Origin: Candidatus Latescibacterota bacterium
GTDB taxonomy: Bacteria > Latescibacterota > UBA2968 > UBA8231
Assembly: GCA_965217585.1 (NCBI GenBank)
Contig: OZ244561.1
Location: forward strand, 3,936,001 to 4,000,000
Reading direction: 5' to 3'
Length of the DNA: 64,000 nt
Made by a program: the position numbers and the translations under genes. Below, piece after piece: positions 47,664 to 57,446 of the stretch (positions are counted from its first letter, which is position 1; each line of letters opens with the position of its first letter). The notes beneath the pieces were generated by a model. The model was not told where the DNA came from and ran no database searches. It saw nothing but the letters and a program-made list of their open reading frames with translations.

Positions 47664-48546
47664 TCAATACCAATCCGAAGATCATCTTACATTCTCGCAG
47701 CGTTATGGTTACGCGCCCTTGCTGGATCCGATGCAATTGGAGGATCTTTCGGATGATCTAAGGCGAGAATTATGGAATGTAACTCGGAAATTACTTCTAT
47801 CGCTAAGAGGGATCAACTCATTATTGACTCCAAAATTTGAAGAAGGTACTCTGTTTATTGAACGTGTACTGGGCAAGTATTTGAAGAAGCCAGAAGATGA
47901 AATCAGTACTTCTTATGAATTTGCGAAGGATAATTTTAAAAACTTGATTCTGCAAGGCAGTTTCAATGAGGTTCTTGATTTTGTTGAAATTATGGTAAAC
48001 GAAAGAAGGTATGATAAGGAATTTATCAAACGTATCAGTGAATCATTTGAAAGATGTGCCGCTGCGTACTGGTTAGACAAATCTAACTATCCGTATCAAA
48101 TTTTCCCGCGCAGTAATAAGGCGCAGGGCGAGGCAACACAAGAAGCCATCAAAACGGTCCGCGATGGCGGTATGAAAGGTGCAGAGGCGCACTTGTGCCA
48201 AGCGGCAGAATATATTAACGCACAGCGATTTGCTGAGTCAATTAAAGATAGCATCCACACGGTTGAATCTGTTGCTCGCCAAATTGATCCAAAATCAAAA
48301 ACCCTTGGTCCTGCGCTAAACTCTCTCGAGAAAGCCGGTTTGATAAAGCATCCAGCACTCAAAGAAGCGTTCTCAAAGCTGTATGGCTATACCAGTGACG
48401 AACAAGGGATTCGGCACGCGTTACTCGATAAGAACTCTCCAGATGTTGACCTAGACGAAGCCATGTTCATGTTTGGAGCCTGCGCGTCCTTTGCCGCCTA
48501 TTTGGTAAGCAAACACCATAAGATGCAAGAAGAGGATGACAAATGA
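47653..48546 (+). CDS. AbiJ-NTD4-like domain protein with putative Abi/HEPN-like C-terminus
   Basis: FSQRYGY...Q.EDLS.DLR..LWN N-terminus and KLYGYTSDEQGIRHA C-terminus. Confidence 0.7.
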   Translation: MSNNQYQSEDHLTFSQRYGYAPLLDPMQLEDLSDDLRRELWNVTRKLLLSLRGINSLLTPKFEEGTLFIERVLGKYLKKPEDEISTSYEFAKDNFKNLILQGSFNEVLDFVEIMVNERRYDKEFIKRISESFERCAAAYWLDKSNYPYQIFPRSNKAQGEATQEAIKTVRDGGMKGAEAHLCQAAEYINAQRFAESIKDSIHTVESVARQIDPKSKTLGPALNSLEKAGLIKHPALKEAFSKLYGYTSDEQGIRHALLDKNSPDVDLDEAMFMFGACASFAAYLVSKHHKMQEEDDK

Positions 48547-51500
48547 CACGCCTACAGAGCCGCCTTGCCCTCCATCGCTTCGTTTGTCTGGAATTCGGCT
48601 ACGATGACATGGACGCGATGCTCGAACGGTTGCACTATGCCCAGGGCGAACTCATCTCAGAAGGCACGAGCGACTATGCCCAATCGCTACAGCCCTATCC
48701 TACACGAGCCCTCGTTACCCCCGACCAGTTTGCCGAATACGACGCCAACATCGCGGCGCACAGCCGCCAGCTTCGTATGACAGAGGAACACGGCCGGACC
48801 TGGAAACCCCATCAATACCTCGCCCTGTTATTCACCGAACACTATTTACAGCGCTATTTCGACGATCCCGAGACCCTATGCGCCGACCTGAATCATGAGA
48901 AGGCCAGCCATCAACCAACTGCGAGCATGCCGGACTACACGGTAGAAGACCTGCACACCCTCGCTTTCCAGAGCGCGACGGGTTCTGGCAAAACGCTCCT
49001 CATGCACGCCCATATTCTGCAATACCGGCATTATTTGGACCGTGCGGGAAAGCGGCTAAACAATATTGTGCTGGTGACGCCGAATGAGCAGATGTCCATG
49101 CAACACGAGCGCGAGATGCAGGAAAGCGGTCTGCGGGCACGGCTATTTTCCAGCGAAGCCGGTTCTGACTTGTTCACATCCGTCGAGATCATCGACCTGA
49201 ACAAACTGGCCGAAAAAAAGGGCGTAAAGCGCGTTGCGGTAACGGATTTCGGCGACGACAATCTGGTGCTGGTTGACGAAGGACACCTAGGCGCATCGGG
49301 CAATGTTTGGCGCGAACGCCGCCGAGAATTGGCGAGCGGAGGCTTTGCGTTTGAATACTCCGCGACCTTCAATCAAGTAGCGGGCAAAGACAACGACCTG
49401 CTAAACGCCTACGGCAAATGCCTGCTATTCGACTACACATACCGCCGATTCCATGCAGATGGCTACGGCGAGGATTACGCCATCCTGAACCTGCCGGGCG
49501 GGGTGCAGGACGAAAACAGCGACATGTACCTGCTGGGTTGCCTGCTGACCTTCTACCAGCAATACCGCATCTATCGAGACAAGGGCGCTTTGTGGAAAGC
49601 ATTCAATCCGGCAAAACCGCTGTGGGTATTCCTCGGCAAGACCGTGACGGGATCGAGCAAAGCAGACCAGGCGACCCGATCCGATGTCATCCGCATCCTG
49701 AATTTTCTCGGTTGGGTGCTGGCCCACGGCGAAGACGTGCGGGCCATGATCCAACGCCTATTAGCCGGGAAATCGGGATTGCTCAACAGTACCGGCAACG
49801 ATTGCTTTGCTGGCCGCTTTTCCCATTTGCCGAGCGGGGAAGACCTCTACGCCGATCTCTGCGAGACTCTGTTTCACGGAGCGGGACGGCTGCACATCGT
49901 CTATCTGACCGCAGGCGAGGGCGAATTGCACCTTCGCACCGCGGACAATGATCCTTTTGGCGTGGTCAATGTCGGGGACTCGACGAAGCTCTACAATCTG
50001 CTCACGGAAAGCCCTAACCCCGATTTCGCTGTTGATCGAGAGATGGGCTTTGTCGCCCGGCTGTTCGCCGATGTGGACCGCCCAGATTCAACCGTGAACA
50101 TTGTCATCGGCGCACGGCGTTTTATTGCAGGCTGGAACTCATGGCGGGTGAGCACGATGGGACTGATGCATGTCGGCGTGAACGAAGGTCCTGAAATCAT
50201 CCAGATGTTCGGACGCGGCGTGCGTCTGAGGGGCTATAATATGAGCCTGAAGCGGCACCGCGAAAGCGAAGTGGAACTGCCGGAGGACAGTGATGAACTG
50301 GCGGAATTGGAGAAGCTATACATTTTTGGGCTGCGAGCCAACTATATGCAGACTTTCCGGGATCTTCTGGAAAAAGAAGGAATGCGCGCCGAACAGGAGA
50401 CTTTCAGCTTTCCCATCACATGGAACTTTGCCAAGAAGACAGACCTGAAGCTGATCCGACTCAAGGATGACCGAAAATACAACCTCTCCGCTAAGCGTCC
50501 CGTCCTGCCGGGGCCGACTGATAGTAACCGCATAGTGACGCTGGATCTATATTCACGACTTCAATCCGTCGCATCCGATGGATCTGCGTTCAGTGAGGGA
50601 ACAGAACAAGATTCGGTCAGCCTCGCGTCACACGCCACCTTCTTCAACACAGCCCGTATTTACGAGCGGCTGTTATCGCGCAAGCAACAAAAAAGCTGGC
50701 ACAATCTGGTTATTGAACCGTGGACTGTGGAACAGCTATTGCAAAGCGATAACTGGTACGAACTCTATATGCCGCCAGATCGGTTGAACGCCACCGGATT
50801 CAAGCAGATGCGCGGATTGGAGAACATCGCCCTTGATCTGCTCACCGAATACGCCGATAACTTCTGGCGCAGGCAGCGCAGACGCTGGGAACACGACGAG
50901 ATTGAGGTCGTCGCGCTGGAAGAGGATGATCCAAACAATGCCGTAAGCTACGAGCTATCCGTGGATGTAACCAAAGGTCAGTTGGTCAAGGACGCGGGGG
51001 AACTGGCGTACAATATCCGCGAGGGCCAGTGCGACGAGTTAAAAGAATGGTATGAGCACTTGAAAATCGGCGTCATTTGGTCACAAGCTCATGCGTATCA
51101 GCCACTGCTACATACCCGGAAGGATCGCATCGTTACAGTTCAACCTGTACCCTTGGACGAAAACGAGAAGCGCGTTGTCGAGCAGCTGGAAGAGCTGACC
51201 CGGAAAGGTGATCCCTGCTTACAAGGCAAAGAGTTGTTTCTGATTCGCAATCTGACCCGCGGTCGGGGTGTGTCCTTTTTCGACGACTTCGGTTATTACC
51301 CGGATTTCATCGTCTGGTTGAAGGACGACGTACATCAGCACGTTCTCTTTCTCGATCCGAAGGGCTTGAGCCGGTTCGGCCAAAGAGAACGCAAAAAGGT
51401 GCAACTACACCACGAAATCGCGGAAATTGAGGAGCGAGTGCGCGAGAACGACGCGGACTTGTACCTGCATGCCTATATTTTGTCCGTCACGCCGGCTTCG

Positions 51501-51842
51501 GAGATTGATGATGGCAGTCGTTCTGTGAATGAGTGGAAAACGGATGGTGTTTATTTTTTAAATGAGGCTGATTGCATCCAACAGGTCATCCAACATGCGT
51601 TAGGACTCTCTGATGGGGAAACCACGATGCAACTAGATCCCGAGACCGAGCGACGGCTCGACCTGCTGGTGTCCGAGACCGGGCGCAGCAAGGCTTTTTA
51701 CCGGCGTGAGCTCACTAAACGCAGCCTTGAGGACATCGAGGACTACTACCTCGCCATGGCCGTGCTAGAACGCGTCCGCCAAGGAGAGGAAAAGGTCCAT
51801 TCCTCCTCCGAGGTGAGAAAAGCACTTGGCTTGGACGATTGA
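48543..51842 (+). CDS. res: Type III restriction endonuclease (Res) with C-terminal in-frame RHH antitoxin domain
   Basis: ATGSGKT, DEGH, SATF, QMFGRGVR and YYPDFIVW...LDPKG nuclease motifs. The last ~71 aa (from 51627) resemble RelB/CopG-type antitoxins. Confidence 0.88.
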   Translation: MTRLQSRLALHRFVCLEFGYDDMDAMLERLHYAQGELISEGTSDYAQSLQPYPTRALVTPDQFAEYDANIAAHSRQLRMTEEHGRTWKPHQYLALLFTEHYLQRYFDDPETLCADLNHEKASHQPTASMPDYTVEDLHTLAFQSATGSGKTLLMHAHILQYRHYLDRAGKRLNNIVLVTPNEQMSMQHEREMQESGLRARLFSSEAGSDLFTSVEIIDLNKLAEKKGVKRVAVTDFGDDNLVLVDEGHLGASGNVWRERRRELASGGFAFEYSATFNQVAGKDNDLLNAYGKCLLFDYTYRRFHADGYGEDYAILNLPGGVQDENSDMYLLGCLLTFYQQYRIYRDKGALWKAFNPAKPLWVFLGKTVTGSSKADQATRSDVIRILNFLGWVLAHGEDVRAMIQRLLAGKSGLLNSTGNDCFAGRFSHLPSGEDLYADLCETLFHGAGRLHIVYLTAGEGELHLRTADNDPFGVVNVGDSTKLYNLLTESPNPDFAVDREMGFVARLFADVDRPDSTVNIVIGARRFIAGWNSWRVSTMGLMHVGVNEGPEIIQMFGRGVRLRGYNMSLKRHRESEVELPEDSDELAELEKLYIFGLRANYMQTFRDLLEKEGMRAEQETFSFPITWNFAKKTDLKLIRLKDDRKYNLSAKRPVLPGPTDSNRIVTLDLYSRLQSVASDGSAFSEGTEQDSVSLASHATFFNTARIYERLLSRKQQKSWHNLVIEPWTVEQLLQSDNWYELYMPPDRLNATGFKQMRGLENIALDLLTEYADNFWRRQRRRWEHDEIEVVALEEDDPNNAVSYELSVDVTKGQLVKDAGELAYNIREGQCDELKEWYEHLKIGVIWSQAHAYQPLLHTRKDRIVTVQPVPLDENEKRVVEQLEELTRKGDPCLQGKELFLIRNLTRGRGVSFFDDFGYYPDFIVWLKDDVHQHVLFLDPKGLSRFGQRERKKVQLHHEIAEIEERVRENDADLYLHAYILSVTPASEIDDGSRSVNEWKTDGVYFLNEADCIQQVIQHALGLSDGETTMQLDPETERRLDLLVSETGRSKAFYRRELTKRSLEDIEDYYLAMAVLERVRQGEEKVHSSSEVRKALGLDD

Positions 51843-52083
51843 GTACACCGACACGGCCGAAAAACAGCTTGGCAAGCTCGATAGGCAGACAGCCCGACGC
51901 ATCGTCGATTATATGAATGAACGTGTTGCAGTGCTTGATGACCCACGGCACTTGGGCGAGGCACTGACCGGCCCATTGAGTGGGCTATGGCGTTATCGGG
52001 TGGGAGGTTATCGCGTGATTTGCGACATTCAGGATCGTGTCTTAGTGACGAGGGTCGGCAGTCGCGGTCAAGCGTACCGATAA
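51826..52083 (+). CDS. relE: RelE/ParE family toxin
   Basis: AWTIEYT.TA.KQL.KLD...DPR..G.AL.G...LWRYRVG.YR. Confidence 0.85.
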   Translation: MAWTIEYTDTAEKQLGKLDRQTARRIVDYMNERVAVLDDPRHLGEALTGPLSGLWRYRVGGYRVICDIQDRVLVTRVGSRGQAYR

Positions 52084-52228
52084 TTTGACCCCTCGCTATA
52101 GATCTCAATACTGGATTTCGAGTTTCGTCGCCAGAATCCGCCTCATATTCGGCGCTACGAGCTTGAGGGTCGCCGACTTGGAAACAAGCGCGATTACCGG
52201 CTGACCAAACTCTCACCGCATCTATTCA

Positions 52229-53029
52229 TTAATTATTTATTCCCGAAGTTCGAACGGACGCGCGAACTTGGCCCCCGTGTTCCGCCAGCCAAGAGCGGAA
52301 AAATTGCAACACGGCTGCGCCGTCTCCCTGCTGTCGTTGTTTCCGCTGAATGAGCCATAGCTCGATCTCGACGCCCCGCAGATCCGGGTTTAGCCCTCGG
52401 GCTTGGGGACTACCGTGGAAACGCTTGAAATTTGGCTGACTCTTGTAGAACGAAATCGCGTCGCTGTTTTGTAGGAGATCCGAAACGATGATGAGACGCC
52501 GCGGAACATCGCGCCGCTTGGTACTCTGAAAATGCTTTATGGCAACCGACTGCACCGATTCCATGATCGGCGACGATTTCGCCTCTTTATTGGTGAGCAG
52601 CTTTCTAAGCTCCTCTTCTAAAGGTGCGCGAAATTTCTGCTGCCAGTTACGCCGAATGATCGCTTCGGATTGAGTAAGGTGATCGACGTTTTCCGGGTCG
52701 CCGGGACTACAGACTCTGATAATCGGGTCGAGGCTCCCACCATGCGTAGGGTCCACCGCAAAAAGACTGATCTCGTGATTTTCCTCGATCTCATCGAGCA
52801 GGTTCCAGATCCTAGTCTCCAGATCGGACTTGGTAGTGGGCATGAACGAATCCGTGCGATCGAGCAGGATTGCCGTAATCGCCGAGGGACCCTCCGACCG
52901 GCAAAGGGTCTGCGGATCGCGCTCGACCGACGGCGGCTTTAGCACCACAAAAACGAGCAAGATAACGACGACCCCCACGATCATCGCACCGCCTGCTATC
53001 GTTTTATTCGATAGCTTACCTTTACTCAT
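52229..53029 (-). CDS. Membrane-anchored protein with vWA-like fold
   Basis: N-terminal TM anchor, ILLDRTDS (MIDAS-like), SPIMES and LIIVSDLLQNS motifs. Confidence 0.6.
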   Translation of the reverse strand: MSKGKLSNKTIAGGAMIVGVVVILLVFVVLKPPSVERDPQTLCRSEGPSAITAILLDRTDSFMPTTKSDLETRIWNLLDEIEENHEISLFAVDPTHGGSLDPIIRVCSPGDPENVDHLTQSEAIIRRNWQQKFRAPLEEELRKLLTNKEAKSSPIMESVQSVAIKHFQSTKRRDVPRRLIIVSDLLQNSDAISFYKSQPNFKRFHGSPQARGLNPDLRGVEIELWLIQRKQRQQGDGAAVLQFFRSWLAEHGGQVRASVRTSGINN

Positions 53030-54438
53030 TAACTCTCTTCCTGATCGCCCCTCGGGCTATCTGGCTGCCTTCGATGCGGGGCCAAAGGTCTCAATTCCTC
53101 GCTGCCCATATCGTACTGATAGTGCAGCTCCTTTACGCCGTTATCAATTTTTGTCTCCGCCGCGCTGGTGATCTTCAAGATTTCCTCGCGCGTCAGCATA
53201 GCCTTCGGCAAGGTGGTGTCTATTGGCGTTTTCACTATTCGCCAAGTCTTCTTGAATCGCTCTGGCGCTTCTCCGTCTCGCATCGCCCGGTTGGTATCCC
53301 GGTAGAGCTTGAGCAAGTGATTTCCCGCGTGCTCTAAGTGGTCTAGATGGTCGTCGAACGTTTTGATGAGGCGTCGATGGTCGTCGATGATAGAATCGTG
53401 TTGTCGTCCAGCGAGCAAAATGTTTTGCTTGATGTCCTCCAACGCTTGCACCGCCTCATCCGACGTTTTCTTTAATCCCTTTAGGCAGACCTGATAGAGC
53501 GCGTTGTATACTTCGTCGGCCTCCGCGAATACGCGGGCACACTCCGCGTAACCCGGATAGCGATCATCCCACAGGATTCCATCGATAAAGCTAATAATCG
53601 CAAAGAGGAATCCCATGAAGAACAGGATCCACGATTGGAAGTCCCCTAGACCCAATGGATTGTCGCCGAAAGCGGCGATGGCGAGTTTCCCCCCTTCGTC
53701 GAGCACCGTACCCGTTGTTTCCCGATAGTGCGCCACCATCAAGTTGAAAAACAACGCAAAGGCCATAAACACCACGGCACCGGTGATGCCCACGGACTTT
53801 CTGCTCCAGTGGATGTGGTTGAAATTGGTGACGAGGATGCCGAGCAAAAAGGCAATACCGAGATTGACAAACGAGATGACAACTGCCTCTGTGTACGCGC
53901 CGAACAGCCCAAACTCGTTGCCCTTTGCCAAAAAGGAGGCGTTGCCAAAGGTCTCAATGAGAAAGAGCACGGCGATGATGCCTATGTTAAATATCTTATC
54001 GTCCCAGCTACGGGGCTGTGGCTCGCGGCTAAGGCTATTTTGTTCCTTAAACTGCTGCAAGTCTTCTTTTTTTCGGCGCAGATCCTGTTGCTCTCTGCTC
54101 AACTCTACTATGGCCTTATCGACATTCTGATCGAACTCCGCTCGTTGCTTGGCCGTTTCAATCTCAATGGAACTTAGTTGCTCCCGGAAATCTAGCTCGA
54201 CGAGGCGCGCTCTGTATGCTTTTAGCTCGCTCTCGCATATATTCTGTGCCTGTGCTTGAGCGCTCTCAATTAGCCCGATAACCTTGCGTTCTGTGGGGTC
54301 GAGGTCGTCTTCCGCACTATCTAATGCGGGTCGCCCCCGCCTCGCGTTCCGTTGGCTATCTTCTACTATATGCAGATTTTCCGCGACCTTATTGGTGTCG
54401 ATCTTCTCAAACGGGTTGGTGTGAAGATCGTCTGTCAT
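53029..54438 (-). CDS. Coiled-coil protein with central 4-TM segment
   Basis: Long heptad-rich N- and C-terminal arms around four hydrophobic helices. AGGAGG RBS. TAATG coupling to downstream gene. Confidence 0.75.
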   Translation of the reverse strand: MTDDLHTNPFEKIDTNKVAENLHIVEDSQRNARRGRPALDSAEDDLDPTERKVIGLIESAQAQAQNICESELKAYRARLVELDFREQLSSIEIETAKQRAEFDQNVDKAIVELSREQQDLRRKKEDLQQFKEQNSLSREPQPRSWDDKIFNIGIIAVLFLIETFGNASFLAKGNEFGLFGAYTEAVVISFVNLGIAFLLGILVTNFNHIHWSRKSVGITGAVVFMAFALFFNLMVAHYRETTGTVLDEGGKLAIAAFGDNPLGLGDFQSWILFFMGFLFAIISFIDGILWDDRYPGYAECARVFAEADEVYNALYQVCLKGLKKTSDEAVQALEDIKQNILLAGRQHDSIIDDHRRLIKTFDDHLDHLEHAGNHLLKLYRDTNRAMRDGEAPERFKKTWRIVKTPIDTTLPKAMLTREEILKITSAAETKIDNGVKELHYQYDMGSEELRPLAPHRRQPDSPRGDQEES

Positions 54439-54563
54439 CGCGCACTCCTCCTCATTTACGGCGTCTTTGGGGCTGAAATTAAAAAACGGCAGGGGATTGA
54501 GGGGATTATATCAAAGATATGCATAACTGTGATTTTCGCCCCCTTATTCTTTGTTTTTATGCC

Positions 54564-55697
54564 TCAAATTACCACCCTAAACCCCTCTCGATCTTCCATT
54601 CCTTGCGCGAAGATGCGCGGATCGATGTCGAGGCCCGCGCCGGGCGTGTCGGGCACGTGGAGGATGGAGTCGGCGAGCTGCCAGCCATCGGTGATTAGCC
54701 CAGGCATGGCAGCCGGTGCGGCTTCGAGCAGGCAGAAGTTCGGGATGGAAGCGGCGAAATGGGCGTGGTGAAAGCGCTCGACGTAAGACCCCCAGCAATG
54801 GGGAGCGCAGAGCGCATTCCACTGCTCTAGACGCGCCGCAGTGCTCCGCCACCACGTCAGGCCCATGGCGCGAAAATCGTGCTGCACCACGTCGATAAAT
54901 CCCTGTTCTACCAAGTCAAAAAAGTACGGCGGCGGCGAAAATTCCCCGTCGGCAACAAGCGTGTCCCAGTCATTTTCGACGATGTGCTCCTTAAGCGCTT
55001 GGTTGAGCGGGGCGTCCTCGGCAAAAGGCTCCTCAAACCAATAGATGCCCACGTCCGCGCAGGCGTCCAACAGAGCTATGGCCGTGTTGAGCGTATTGCC
55101 CATGTTGGCGTCGATGAGCACCTTGGCCTGCGGGCCAGCGGCTTCGCGCACCGTGCGGATGACTAACTCGTCGCGCTTGAGACCCACGTCCGTGGGCATC
55201 CAGCGCGCGCCGCGGCCGACCTTGATCTTGAAGTGCAAATAGCCGTGCTCGTGGCCGGTGGCGACTTCGCCGCGGAAGATGTCTTTGACCTGTTCCTCAT
55301 CGGTGGCTTCCAAATCGTCGATATAGACCGAGCCGTCGTACACTTCGACCTCGCGTTTGCCGCGGGCACCGAGCAGGCGGTACAGCGGCAAATCCATCAT
55401 CCGCGCCACCAAATCCCACAGCGGCAGGTCGAGGTTGCGGCCCGCGGGCAGGCAGCCGTCGGGGAGTTGGAAGAGATCGCCGATCTCCTTGCCGAGCAGC
55501 GCGCGCGCTTCGGCCTCGCCAATGCGAGACCACCCCAAGCCCCACGCCCCGCCGTCCGTGCGCACCCTGACGACCGGGTCCGTGATCTGCGTGCCGTGGG
55601 CGGGAATGCGGGCATTGAAGCCGATGTAGCGCGGCCGGGTACCGCGCAGAACGCATTTTTCAATACAAGTAATCTTCCCTTTGGGGACTTCGTGCAT
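54564..55697 (-). CDS. Mandelate racemase/enolase-superfamily enzyme
   Basis: DLPLWDL, YDGS.Y.DDL, FKIKVGRG, IDAN, WFEEP and ADGE motifs. Confidence 0.85.
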   Translation of the reverse strand: MHEVPKGKITCIEKCVLRGTRPRYIGFNARIPAHGTQITDPVVRVRTDGGAWGLGWSRIGEAEARALLGKEIGDLFQLPDGCLPAGRNLDLPLWDLVARMMDLPLYRLLGARGKREVEVYDGSVYIDDLEATDEEQVKDIFRGEVATGHEHGYLHFKIKVGRGARWMPTDVGLKRDELVIRTVREAAGPQAKVLIDANMGNTLNTAIALLDACADVGIYWFEEPFAEDAPLNQALKEHIVENDWDTLVADGEFSPPPYFFDLVEQGFIDVVQHDFRAMGLTWWRSTAARLEQWNALCAPHCWGSYVERFHHAHFAASIPNFCLLEAAPAAMPGLITDGWQLADSILHVPDTPGAGLDIDPRIFAQGMEDREGFRVVI

Positions 55698-55711
55698 GGC
55701 CAAGCTCCTTA

Positions 55712-56812
55712 TCAGGGCGAGGGCAAGATGCCATCGCCGTTCCACAAACGGGTCTGCGGCCAGTAAGCCGACCATCCAAACCACATCGAATTATAGGCTG
55801 GGATTTGCTCTAACTGCGCGCCCTTGAGCGGCCCGGAAAGAGCCTCGCCGAGCATGTTCCACTCGCTGCCGGTCTCCACGTCGGCAAAGGCCAAAGGCAG
55901 GTCGCCGGCGCGGCTGAGTATGCGAAAGGTCAAAAGCTGATCGCCGACAACCCGGCTGTAGGGAATGGCGGTGGAAGTCTCTCTGTCGTAGAGCACGAGC
56001 ACGGCGCGGTCGCCAACGCGATCGTTGATGACGGCCTTATTGGGCATCCTGCTGAAAGGATAGGCCCTGCTCTCGCCAGCGGCTCGCAACCCCAAGATCA
56101 TTTCCTTGGCCGACAAGCGGTCGCTGGGCCGAGCGGTAGTAAGCGGAAAAATAATCATCCGTTGGTTGCTGCGATAGTTGCCATAAGGGTAGTGGCCGTA
56201 CACATCTAGTGGATATAGTGCGCGGATATAGTCCGGGTAGCGGTCTAGACCGGTCGCCGCTTGGGCGACCGTGGTATGCGGATACAGCGTGCGCCACAGG
56301 CCCCAAGTCGTCTCGACCACGGGCAAGAGCTGGAGGCGCCGCCCTCTGTACTCGCCACTAATACCAACGTAGATCATCTGCGGGTACAGGGTTTTCTCGT
56401 CGCGGCGGTCGTACAGCACCAAGTTGCTGTTGAGCACCATGCCGGAGACGCCGAATTCGATTTGTGCTGAGTCTGGGGCCGTCGCGTCAAAAACTAGCCC
56501 GGTGCTGGTCAGCGGGCAGAACGTAACGCAGATGTACTGGCCGCCGAGCTGGTCGTTGATGACTTCGTGCTTCCAGCCGAGGCGATGCGGATAGGCCCGC
56601 GCGGTGCCGTTTGCGACCACGCCGAGGACTAGGTCTGTATCCGCCAGATAATGCGCGTCTGCCGGTGCAACGCTCTGGGGGTTAGTCATGGCCGGGATGC
56701 CGTCGCGGGGCACTCCGCCCGAGCGCAGGTGGTGGGGCAGCTCGCCGAGGAGGTTGTAGATGTCGGCGTGGAGAGGAACGGCAATGAAGAGGGCAAGCAG
56801 GATGCGGGCCAT
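55712..56812 (-). CDS. DUF3179 domain secreted protein
   Basis: SGGVPRDGIPA, HEVIND, TFCPL, FGVSG.V.NSNLVLYDR and MWFGW.AY.P motifs. Confidence 0.88.
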   Translation of the reverse strand: MARILLALFIAVPLHADIYNLLGELPHHLRSGGVPRDGIPAMTNPQSVAPADAHYLADTDLVLGVVANGTARAYPHRLGWKHEVINDQLGGQYICVTFCPLTSTGLVFDATAPDSAQIEFGVSGMVLNSNLVLYDRRDEKTLYPQMIYVGISGEYRGRRLQLLPVVETTWGLWRTLYPHTTVAQAATGLDRYPDYIRALYPLDVYGHYPYGNYRSNQRMIIFPLTTARPSDRLSAKEMILGLRAAGESRAYPFSRMPNKAVINDRVGDRAVLVLYDRETSTAIPYSRVVGDQLLTFRILSRAGDLPLAFADVETGSEWNMLGEALSGPLKGAQLEQIPAYNSMWFGWSAYWPQTRLWNGDGILPSP

Positions 56813-56957
56813 GGCGTCGGACACTGGGAAAGCGATGCGGAGGCTCAATTATACAAGGGAACCATTGGATGTCAAACGGCTCCCCGGATCGCTAGCTTGC
56901 GGATGGCTGTGGACCGCAAGAAGTTACGTTATCCCCTAGCAGGAAGGAGCCTGCGAC

Positions 56958-57335
56958 GTGAACGCCCGCCAGACGGTCGAGGCCTACTTCGCCGCGTTGA
57001 CAACAGGCGATGCCCACCGGCTCATCGACCTCATCTCCCCAGCCGATCACTTTGTCAAGATCGGCACTGAACCGGGGGAATACATCGAGGGCGGTGGGCG
57101 CGCTGCCCAGTACTACTACCACCACGTCGCCAGTACCCGGGATTTCACCATTGATACAGAGCATCTCGACGTGCAAGAGCGCGATTCGGTGGCTTGGTTT
57201 TACACCCGACAGCAGTGGCGGCTCAAATGGCAAGGCCAGTACGAGGAACTAGCCCTGCGTTTGACGGGCGTATTGGAGCGAGAAGCGGGCGAATGGAAGT
57301 TCGCGCAGATCCACGCTTCCATAGGGGTGGCCTAG
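56958..57335 (+). CDS. SnoaL/NTF2-like protein
   Basis: IGT..GE...G, VAWF and RLTGVLERE.GEWK..QIH.S motifs. AAGGAG RBS. Confidence 0.85.
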   Translation: MNARQTVEAYFAALTTGDAHRLIDLISPADHFVKIGTEPGEYIEGGGRAAQYYYHHVASTRDFTIDTEHLDVQERDSVAWFYTRQQWRLKWQGQYEELALRLTGVLEREAGEWKFAQIHASIGVA

Positions 57336-57446
57336 CGCGAGGAACTTGTGCCGCGTCTATGTGGTGGAAAAACGCTCCATTACTTGTTAGGCTCTTTTTG
57401 CGCGGCCTCTATTGGATTATTGGCTTGGCTCAACCGGATACATCTC

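Noticed and set aside
55712-56812. Selenocysteine read-through in the DUF3179 or rhodanese genes
   Set aside because: Both frames are complete with Cys codons and no in-frame TGA.
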